Assembly: GCF_006345805.1 (NCBI RefSeq)
Contig: NC_042999.1
Coordinates: forward strand, 29,822,001 to 29,886,000
Direction: 5' to 3'
From: Octopus sinensis
Lineage: Eukaryota
Length of the DNA stretch: 64,000 nucleotides
Shown: positions 53,840 through 64,000 of the stretch, one piece after another
How the letters are laid out: every line of letters begins with the position of its first letter
Numbering within the stretch: the first letter of the stretch is position 1
The notes under the pieces: generated by a model
What the model saw: only the letters and a program-made list of their open reading frames with translations
Told to the model about the DNA's origin: nothing
The model's database searches: none
Translations under genes and position numbers: made by a program

Positions 53840-55403
53840 TGTTCCAATATCTTATACTTTCGAAAATCCGCCGACTGGATTTGTACTATCGATTTCGAAG
53901 TTATTAAGCGCATATCCCTTCTCGGCGCGATTCATACTGATAAGGATGGAAGTCGGAGAAATATCGTAGGCGTTCTATATTCTAGCGACTCTTCGAACAC
54001 ACTGGTTCCTTTTCCAATCACGTTTACTAATCAAGTAATGTTTCTTATGAAACTGGTAGTTAGTGTAAGAATCTCTCCGATACGTTTGCATTTTACTCAT
54101 TTTTTATGTCTTTTTTTTACACATAAACGTTATATTCAATATAAACAATTTATATTTCACACTTTATGACAACCTAGAAATAAAGTAAAACAGCATCACA
54201 ACAATAAAACAACAACAATGAGGAACATGATGACAGGAACAAAAATAAATAATCACAAAATTTACAGAGTCAATACTGAATATGAATATGAAAGAAGGAA
54301 AATAAGTTCATGGCGTATCTCTCGAAACCTGTTGATGATGATCATCATCATCATGACGACGACGACAACGAGGATGATCAGGATGTTGATGAAGAGGACG
54401 ATGATTACTATAATAACTAGAATGACAAAAGCAAGTGGTTGTGATATTCATAATTATAACAAAAAAATAGTATGAACAGCGATGATAACAACAGGAACAT
54501 GAAGAATGCAATCTCTGTATACATAAAAGATAATACTTAATTTCTTCGTCAAAGCTGTGACAACTTTGATTGTTGAAACAACTTTAAATTGTGAAAATAA
54601 ATCCTTATCGAGAGACAGGTCTGACAAATAACCTGATTAATAATGACAACCTTTATTATACGTAACATCTATTTACTATTAATCTCTCACTTGATGTGTA
54701 ATGTTTTGCAATGCACTTTGATAGGTAATTTTCCTATTTAAACTTTGTACAACGCATCTGACGTTGGTGATCTAACTTAAGTGAAAATTGTAGGAGAATT
54801 ATGTGTGTGAGAGTGTATTGGTATATACATTTATGTATGGGTGTGTATTTGTGTGTGTGTGTCTGTGTGTGCGTGTGTGCGTGTGTGCGTTTGTGAGTGT
54901 ATAAGATGTTGTTGAAATATGACATCCAAAGTGCCTTATCTTACTGCAGAACGGGTCACTCAAGTTGGCGAGGGTGAACATAAGATTTTATTTTTGTGAG
55001 GAGTTAATCTGTGTTCAACTGAGATTGTGGGAAGTTTAGAAACGTAGACGCAAATCAAACACTCGGACAAAATTTATTCAAGTGAAAATTCTCAACTAAA
55101 AATAATTCAAAATGTCATTTGGCAGTGTTAAGGTTGGTGAGAGATTAATTATATCGCTATCAATGAATGACCAGGTAGGATGGGAACTTAGAACGCACGC
55201 ATGTGTTCCAATATCTTACATTTTCGCAAATGCGCAGACTGGCTTTGTATTATGCTATCGATGTCTACAGTATTAAGCGCATAGCCCTCCTCGGAGCGAT
55301 TTATACTGAGAAGGAAGGAGGTCGGAGAAATATCGTAGGTGTTCTATGTTCTAGCGAATCTACGGACACACTGGTTAATTTTTCAATCACTTTTACTAAT
55401 CAA
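53840..55403 (+). repeat. Local diverged direct duplication of ~195 bp (53840-54033 and 55204-55403)
   Basis: tgttccaatatctta...attaagcgcata...gtcggagaaatatcgtagg...tttactaatcaag in both copies. Confidence 0.85.
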
Positions 55404-55659
55404 GGGTTGAATGTGTGTTCATTTTACCAACTGAGGATCGTAAGAATTGTGAAAGGCTGAAGCCCAGTTTATTCATCTAGTTGAAAGTTTTAAATTTTAA
55501 GTATTGAAAATGTAGTATTTGATAGACATAAATGCCTGACGATGATGACGGGTAAGATTTTCTTCCTAGATCAGTTCATTTACCAAATACCTAGAGGTAA
55601 ACAAGAGAAGCACTGGTATTGCAGTTCTCTACATCATTACAAAGAACAACTACATTGAT

Positions 55660-55844
55660 ACTCTTTTACTCTTTTACTTGTTTCAGTCATTTGACTGCGC
55701 CTTTAGTCGAGCAAATCGACCCCGGGATTTATTCTTGGTAAGCCCAGTACTTATTCTATCGTTCTTTTTTGCCGAACCGCTAAGTGAAGGGGACGTAAGC
55801 ATACCAGCATCGGTTGTCAAGCAATGCTAGGGGGACAAACACAC

Positions 55845-55920
<76 letters not shown>

Positions 55921-55982
55921 TACGACAGACTTCTTTCAGTTCCGTCTACCAAGCTACTTACCAAACAGCCACTCCTGCGCCT
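55660..55982 (-). mobile_element. SINE with internal (TA)n/(CA)n between head and tail
   Basis: Internally deleted head (55922-55982), microsatellite, and 3' half with (TTTTACTC)n tail. Confidence 0.85.
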
Positions 55983-56170
55983 ATTCATATTTACATTAAA
56001 ATTCATTTACTATCATCATTAAAATTACAATGAAACAAGCAGAGTGCCAGATACACAGTATTCGAGAACAGGGTGGGATAGTATTTCTTGCGAATATGAG
56101 AATGTCCAGGGTATCAACTTACACTACTATAGAAACAGCACGTATAATCATCATTTCCATGGCATTGAGG

Positions 56171-57610
56171 TTCGCAATGTTGTAAATATCAGCATCTCTG
56201 AGTATTAGTTTAACCATTATTATTAGCCAACATTGCAATGAACTTTGATGTTTTCGTTCTGGACGACGTCGTTGTTATCGCCATCATCATCATTATTTTC
56301 ATTTGCAGCAGTAGTTGAATTTGCATAAACGTCGTCCGCATCATGAAAATCACAAACATCATCACTATCGCCCTGTTTGTCGACATCGTCGTCATCATCA
56401 TCATCATCATCGAAATCGCCATCGCCTGTCTACTAAACTGATCTCAATATGTGACTAGCACGTTATTTGCTCGACCCCGGAAGGAAGGATTTGAAATATT
56501 ATTTCGACAGGATTTGAACTGAAAACAAGAGCAGATTAGGGAATGCCTTTGGTTGTAGAGTTTTTTTTTTAATTTTTCTTATTTTTAGAAGGGATTGGAA
56601 TGTGATCCTACTGGGGCCATTCGTTTAACTTATATTTGATCACATCGAACTTCCATTTAATCTCTCAGTATTATAGGCTATATATCTTTACCACTTAAAA
56701 TAAATAATATGTTTAATAATATTTCATTTGATACTGTAATACAATGCATTTCAGTGGAAGTCGACTGGTGAGAGCCTAAATTTGTCTGTTTATCAAATTC
56801 AAATAACCAATTTTTTTTTTTTTTTCAAATGACATGAAGTTTTCAAGATGCTTGTATCTAGTGCAGATGTTAGATATCGCGTTTAAAACGTTTGTGCAGT
56901 TTTTGATTTAAGAAAGATGTATATTCTTTCAGTGGTAGGCATCCTCAAATTTAGTGACCTGTTGATGTGAGATCCCATGTCCCTACAACCTCCGAATAGA
57001 CGCTGTGTATCGAGTTTTAAATATCGACATCATTATGTGCGATTTTGAAAAGTATCTACTAGTTAGCGTTTTGTGTATTTATTTATTGAGAAGCTACTTT
57101 CACTTATTTACAGGAAAGGAGACAACGTTAGCTTCAGGATGACTGAACTCTTCGTGTATGGTGGTCTATTAAGCATGTATCTGGATTCCTGAAGTAGAAG
57201 TCTGGAGAGGCTATCTTGGTCAGTTTTCTTATTACAGCCTCAGATGTACGAAGCTTTCAGGGAATATCCATTCACCATTTTCTGATAACTATATTTCGGT
57301 TTGTCTTCGTTAAATTTCCTATATTCATACATACATGAAGAATAGAGCAAACGACATGATTTACCTAGGAATACTTTTAGCTTTATTTTTTTTGTTTCGC
57401 TCACAGCGTATGCCTCAGTTGGTCAGGTCACTCTTGTTGACATTCGCAGTGTTGTAAATATCAGCATCTCTGAGCATTAGTTTAACCATCATTATCAACC
57501 ATAATGGCAATGAACTTTGCTTTTTTCGTTCTCCTCGTCTATGTCGTTGTTATTGCCATCATCATCATCATTATTACCATTAGCAGCAGTAGCTGAGTTT
57601 GCACTAACGT
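56171..57610 (+). repeat. Local diverged direct duplication of ~165 bp (56171-56331 and 57443-57610)
   Basis: ttcgca.tgttgtaaatatcagcatctctgag.attagtttaaccat...gcaatgaactttg in both copies. Confidence 0.85.
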
Positions 57611-58122
57611 AAAGTTGCAATCAATAATGTTATTTCTTATGGTCGCATTATCAAACATGCGATCCAAGAAAGACAAGTCAAGCGTCGTATTACTAGCGTT
57701 AGCTTCAGATTTCTAGAGAAAAAAATGATGGAAGTTACAAAACACCCGATATACGTTTAATACTTGTTTTCTGGTTGGCCTTGTACTGTATATATTTAGT
57801 CAAATATAAACTGTCCTTCAAAACTATAAAGCTAGAACACTGTCTGCTTTGTCTGGCAAAATATACAATTTATATTCATGAAATTCACCTCTAGATAGAA
57901 AATGGAATAAATGAAGGCATTGCAATATTCAATTTAATTGGAATTCAAATATAAATTAGAAAATAATTCAAAACCTCATACATAACCAGAAACATCCTTT
58001 CCAGAACTGTAAGGCTTGCTCGGACAATGTTGCAAAAATAATCCAAAACATGCGAATTATAATATATTTCAATAAGATTCTCATGCAATATATCAGCAAT
58101 AGTGTGTCGGACCACCAGCTTT

Positions 58123-58785
58123 CTAAATTGATTCAAGTACACGCGAATTCATATACTCAATTAAACTAGGTAGCAGATCAAGCAGAAATTCTTCCTCGGC
58201 CTCCTTTATTGACGTTTCAAGTTCATCAAACAATGCATATTGCTTGCATTCACTGTACCCAACATTAGTGAAGACATTCTCTATAGGATTAAGGTGGGCA
58301 TTTGTTGCTGGCCATGGCATGACTTCAACCCCAGTTGCATGCTGGAAATCTAAAGTTATTTCTGCTATATGATTAATGGCATTTTCCTGTTGAAATATGA
58401 AGTTCTTGATATGGAGACATCTTCCATCTTTGTCAATGTGAGACCCGTCTAAGATATCAATGTATGATGTAGTATTGAAACGGCCATCCATGATGACAAA
58501 TGATACCTTCCCATTGTCAGATAATGCACTGCACAGCATAAGACCTGCGCTGCCGTTCTGTCGCTAAGAATAGATAATGGTCAAGGCAGTCCAAAGTACA
58601 TTTTGTCTCATCAGAGAACAGAACTGTGGCCATTCATCACCCCTGTGGGAAGGGGACCATAACAGAGACTCTAGCCGCTTCCTTAGGGGGAAATCCTAGG
58701 TTCAAAATCACTCTTTCTACGGTGGAGATCGCGTCTCCTACACCTGCTAATGCCTCTATTTTTAAACAGAAGAGCTGCGTGACGT
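58123..58785 (-). mobile_element. Decayed Tc1 (DD34E-type) transposase
   Basis: FSDETK, MDGRFNTTSYIDIL, FIFQQENA, WPATNAHLNPIENV. Confidence 0.85.
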
Positions 58786-58874
58786 CTACACAGCCCTGAC
58801 AATGATTTCTTCATCCCTCTCTGTCTGCTTTCCTGTCTGTCTGTCTGTCTCTGTCTCTCTCTCTGTCTCTCTGA

Positions 58875-58944
<70 letters not shown>

Positions 58945-59082
58945 GGAGAGAGAAAGAGAAAACAAGAAAATCACAGAAGCTTATTTGTTTTACAAGATTT
59001 AAGAGAGACATGATAAGGGAAAAAAAATTGCTAGGATATATAATTGTCCACTCATTTATTTTTATTTTGCTTTTTAACTAAC

Positions 59083-60000
59083 AATGGGCTATTTAGAAAA
59101 AGGAGTTCTTTTCACAATTTGGAAACCCTCTCTCACAATACATAGAAAATTGGAAAAAGATTTTTGGTCGAATGTTTCATCCTCTGGGATGAAACTATAG
59201 ATAAGCTCTTGGAGTTCAAAAGAATTCTCAATAACATTAACATCAGCATACAATTAACAATGGAATAAATCCACGAGGAACTACATTCGTAGACATAATT
59301 TTTATAAAAATATACAAATAATAGAAACAGACATCTTTTAGAAGACCACAGACGCTAAACAATTTAGCTCATGTTGCGCGAGACATATAGAAACAAATAG
59401 CCCCTTCTAGAAGGTTTTACACCACAGTCTCCTAAACAAATACCTGTGTAATATTGCAAGAGCATAAAATTGTACTCCGGGGCGGGCACTACCCAACTCC
59501 GCTCATAAATGAAGGAATTAAAAAAAATCGATTAATATTACATGAAGAAAATCCAAGGGCAACGACACATCTGCCCTCAAAACACTAAAGTATATCTCCA
59601 CACGCAACACCAGAAACAAATAAGCATTTCATATCATCGTGTAAAATTGTCTATATTCCATAGAGACTCCAAACTCAAGGAAATGCTACGTAACCATAGA
59701 ATCATTAAGATCAGCAAACGGCCTAAGATATTGAAGAAAATATTGTCACCATTGCCAAACTATTCGTTAGAACAACAGGCGCAAGAGTCGTAAAGTGTGG
59801 TCGCCCTCATTTTACAGAACATGTCCCACTCTGTTGGAAGGATTTGAATTCTATTTCAGACAAGGACAAATATTCAAAATCAAATGTAACTTCACTTGCG
59901 TCTCTCGAAACCTTATATTACGTAATCGGATACACTGGATGCCATCGAAACAATATTGGCTCCATAGGAAATTCGATCCAAATTTCCGCCCAACAATATC
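59083..60000 (+). mobile_element. Decayed Penelope-like element (RT, Cys linker, GIY-YIG)
   Basis: MGYLE, CFILWDETIDKLLEFKRILNNIN, ETDIF*KTTDAKQ, CGRP..TCP, FTCVSRNL, YVIGYTGCHRNNIGS. Confidence 0.82.
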
Positions 60001-60056
60001 GCCAAATATACCTCAGTCAACACAATGACGAATATTCTTTTATTCTTGTTTTATAC

Positions 60057-60229
60057 TGTGTCTACTATAAACTTCGAACAGGGGAGGTAAGCAGGTTCCC
60101 TTTCCTGGTCTGGCATCCACAGTGTAGTTTCGCGGTAACTAATATAAACTAACTAATTTAGTCTGTGGATGCCAGATCAGCAAAAGGAAGCTGCTGACTT
60201 CCCCAGTTCAAAGGTTATAATGGACACAG
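60057..60229. repeat. Imperfect inverted repeat (~66-bp arms) directly 3' of the PLE
   Basis: tgtgtctactataa..ggggaggtaagcag..tctggcatccacag / ctgtggatgccagatc..ctgctgacttcccc..ttataatggacaca. Confidence 0.8.
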
Positions 60230-60400
60230 ATTTGTGTATCACATAGCTAGCTACAGGTGATGACCTCTTGGAGCTAATCAGCAGCAGCATTCGTCCTGTT
60301 CAGCTGGACTGCCGTGTTAGCTTGGCGATAACTATTGATATCCAGTACCACTGCCGTAGTATCCTTTAGAGAGAATTACAAATAATTATATATATATATA

Positions 60401-60565
60401 CTTTATTTTAAGCAGCAGAAAATTCAACAATATTTTGTTGAATTTTCTGCTGCATAAAATAAAGCATATTACTCTACCACTGGTATTTGAGTACTCCTTT
60501 TTCCACCTTGTTTCACATTTATGTGTTTACTCCGGTATATATATATATATTATATATATATATAT

Positions 60566-60597
<32 letters not shown>

Positions 60598-60733
60598 ATA
60601 CTTTATTTTAAGCAGCAGAAAATTCAACAATATTTTGTTGAATTTTCTGCTGCATAAAATAAAGCATATTACTCTACCACTGGTATTTGAGTACTCCTTT
60701 TTCCACCTTGTTTCACATTTATGTGTTTACTCC

Positions 60734-60736
<3 letters not shown>
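60401..60736. repeat. Fold-back family D, two identical tandem copies (60401-60536, 60601-60736)
   Basis: ~31-bp-arm hairpin + 72-bp tail ending tccggt, separated by (TA)n, 200-bp period. Confidence 0.9.
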
Positions 60737-60810
<74 letters not shown>

Positions 60811-60849
60811 ACCCCATTATTCCGGATTTAGTCTCAGAACATTACTGCT

Positions 60850-61240
60850 ACAGAGACAAGAGGACTCGGTTCTTCAAGAAGCATTATTGAAGCGTATATA
60901 TGTGGAGATGTGGAACATGGAAGATCACTTCGAGAATTCCGTTCTTTTCAAACCGGACAAACATCTAGGAAACAAATTTTAGAATTATTAAACAAAGGAG
61001 TTACTTCATTTTGGAAATGAAAGCGATAGCTTTAAGCGATGCAGGACAGAGTTGTCATTTCATACAGCACAGGTAATGTTGCTTAAAACTCAGGATGGCC
61101 TCACGGTTAAAAATATCGTATGCAGGAAAAGCGTACAAAATCTACACAAAGCTTTTAGAGTTGCACTGAAAATCGATGCACTACGCCAATGAATGTTCGA
61201 AGAATTGCCTCCTATTTTGGTCAGTTAATTTTAAATTTCA
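60850..61240 (+). mobile_element. Possible Merlin/IS1016-like transposase remnant
   Basis: YICGDVEHG..SRKQILELL..VVISY..GLTVKN loosely resembles WVFGGVERG..ETLL..VISD..TVNH. Confidence 0.3.
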
Positions 61241-61358
61241 CTCCAAATGATGTAAGGCTGTGGGCATGAAGAGGTGTAGGAAATTCTGGATGCACACTCC
61301 TATCTGTATCTGAAAGACTGTAGAAATACGCTAGATTTAGAAGTCCAATATCCTCCCC

Positions 61359-61394
<36 letters not shown>

Positions 61395-62035
61395 GTTATG
61401 GATGTATGACGTTTTCGAAACATTGAGATCACCTTCTGTAAAGTTTTCTGGATGGAACTACATCGAAGCTCGAAACACAGATGGGGGCAGGATCATGAAA
61501 CTCCCTCATTCACCAGATGCCACGCATCAGACGAGGTTTAATTAAAATATAGCAAAGCAAACGAATATGTTATAGCATGGCCGGTACCTCCGGGATAAAA
61601 CTAGAAGAAAAGAGAAGATATGTATATATATATATATATAATATATATATATATGTAAAGTGTGAGTGTATGTGTATGCGTGTTGTTGCTGTCAGGAAAT
61701 ATTTAGATTACTTTATACCTAAGATCTCATCATGAAGACTTAGAATACGAATAAATATTTTATGATGTGAAATAGTAATTTTCAATTATTTGTCAATATA
61801 ACGATATAAGACAACTGAATGACAGGAATGTAAAAAATGAGATACAAATAAGTTGTTCACACCGAATTATATGTTAATCGAAGTGTGTTTTGTTGTCTAT
61901 CGTTATATAGAAGTTCACTCTATATGTTACTGTGCGCATAAATTTAACATTACTAACCAGCTAATCATGTAACATCTGTAGGTGTAGCGTGTTCATTTGC
62001 GTGCTGCACCAATGTACACACGCGTACGCAAAGAT

Positions 62036-62077
<42 letters not shown>

Positions 62078-62096
62078 ATATATATATGTATATATA

Positions 62097-62265
62097 CCGG
62101 AGTAAACACATAATTGTGAAACAAGGTGGAAAAAGAGTACTAAAATACCAGTGGTAGAGTAATATGCTTTATTTTAAGCAGCAGAAAATTCAACAAAATC
62201 TGTTACTCTGAGAACGGCAACTCAGAGTAACAGATTTTGTTGAATCTTCTGCTGCTTAAAATAAA

Positions 62266-62266
<1 letters not shown>
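62097..62266. repeat. Fold-back family D, third copy in opposite orientation with longer arms
   Basis: Reverse complement of the 60.4-kb tail; hairpin 62167-62266 with loop aacggcaa. Confidence 0.9.
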
Positions 62267-62328
<62 letters not shown>

Positions 62329-62602
62329 GACGCACAGAAATACAAATATATAACATTACTAGACAGCTACTAAAATATATAGCATGGATAAGTTAAGGAA
62401 TCGACTCAAGTGCAAATTTTATTTAGATCATACTTGCAACACATGTTTCGATAAAAGATTATTTCGGACGGAAAGAAAATGATGGAATACCCTTGGCACC
62501 TATGTGAATTTTTGCTGCCATGATAACAAATTTTTGTAGACATAAAAAAATTTATATATAACATTACATATGTGTGTGTGTGCATGCGTGTATATATATA
62601 TT

Positions 62603-62836
62603 ATTAGGGAGTAAATCCAAACTTACAGGGAAAAATAAATTAGATTTAAGGTTAAAACCAATTTTTTTGTATAAATATACATATATATTATATTAAATTA
62701 GAGATAAAACCACTATTAGACAAATCAAACAGTGAAAATCATAAACCAATAAATTTTAATTTAATTTAAGTATTCTTTGTTTTATGATTGTCACTGTTTG
62801 ATTTGCCTAATAGTGGTTTTATCTCTAATTTAATAT
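62603..62836. repeat. Fold-back family E insert within (TA)n
   Basis: atattaaattagagataaaaccactattagacaaatcaaacagtgaaaatcataaa / tttatgattgtcactgtttgatttgcctaatagtggttttatctctaatttaatat, plus ~85-bp tail. Confidence 0.85.
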
Positions 62837-62886
<50 letters not shown>

Positions 62887-62890
62887 TACA

Positions 62891-62937
<47 letters not shown>

Positions 62938-62954
62938 TATATATATATATATAT

Positions 62955-63015
<61 letters not shown>

Positions 63016-63642
63016 GTACATGTGGCGTGTGTATGTATGTAAGTATTTCGTATATGATAGATGCGTACCACATCCTCATAAAAGCCTCTATGGTACTGCT
63101 GGCTACCGTATATTAATCCCAGCCTTCCCAGTTAACTTACGAGATTGTTATACATGCGTATGATGAATATAATGATAACGGATGGAAAATTTAATGTACG
63201 CTGTACATAGTTGTGAGCTACTATATTTGACACATTTTTGATTTTTTTTTTTAAGCTGGTTTATATAACCTAACTAATGTCTGCAAGCCTTCTTAATGCT
63301 TTTAGTTTATGACATAAATATGTTACAGATCAGGACAACTGAACGAGAGAAATCAGGACGAAAAACAAACGGAAGTTAGATGCAGAAAGTGGGAGGGTAA
63401 GAGAAGCAGGAACAGAAATTAATAAATGAATTAGGATTAATCCCCAATGACTATAGAGTCATGAATCTAGTTCATGCATAATCAACGAAAGAGGGTTCGG
63501 TGGAAGCCTTACATCGGAAAATATGTCCTCTTTCAATAACATAACAATCCAAACGATAAGTATTATATATATTTTGCGAAGGTTTCTTCAAAGAATATAT
63601 GCTATTAACCTATCTTCTTTCCTGCACATGTATGCATACATA

Positions 63643-63707
<65 letters not shown>

Positions 63708-64000
63708 TCACAGATACACATATATGTCTCTATATATATACATAGAAATGCATAAAGAGACACAGAGTAATATGTGTGTGCGTGTGTGCATGTGTGCATG
63801 TGTGTATAGCAGTTGTATTATGTGTGTGTGTGCATTTGTGTGAGTGTGTATATGTGTGTGTGTGCCTGTGCGTATATGTGTCTGTATGCTTGTCTGTGTG
63901 TCTGATAGTACTGTTTAATTTTGTAACGTTCATAGTAAAGCATGTCTCGGCTATATGTTTTCTTTCCTGCTGTGCAAAATACTGTTATCAGTTTGCAATA

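Noticed and set aside
57113-57191. Possible terminal exon (ttacag|G-KGDNVSFRMTELFVYGGLLSMYLDS*)
   Set aside because: Acceptor only; comparable open frames on the other strand; no recognisable homology

Overview
AT-rich, microsatellite-saturated eukaryotic non-coding DNA (intron or intergenic). The SINE families match those I recall from Octopus, so the host is probably a coleoid cephalopod (inference). No complete host gene is visible; there is one good orphan exon candidate (14558-14660). Most ORF-track entries are artefacts of (TA)n, (TATG)n, (CA)n and (TTC)n arrays. Recognisable content: a 5'-truncated CR1-clade LINE (5046-8345, minus), three Penelope-like (PLE) remnants, RTE- and R4-like fragments, mariner/Tc1/maT/Merlin-like remnants, a Helitron with a duplicated helicase segment, and many tRNA-derived SINEs. 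The most interesting signals are RNA-level. (1) A ~362-nt non-coding unit carrying a minimal type-I hammerhead ribozyme, in tandem plus fold-back arrangement inside (TA)n (46207-46969), resembles a non-LTR retrozyme or PLE pseudo-LTR. (2) At least five other unrelated fold-back inserts share the same architecture in (TA)n arrays. (3) A G_GGA_AAC slippery heptamer at the CR1 ORF1 stop shifts -1 into an AUG-less ORF2. (4) A degenerate HDV-like ribozyme fold lies at the 5' end of a TSD-flanked bipartite RTE-derived element. All family assignments are by-eye motif recognition, with no database search.
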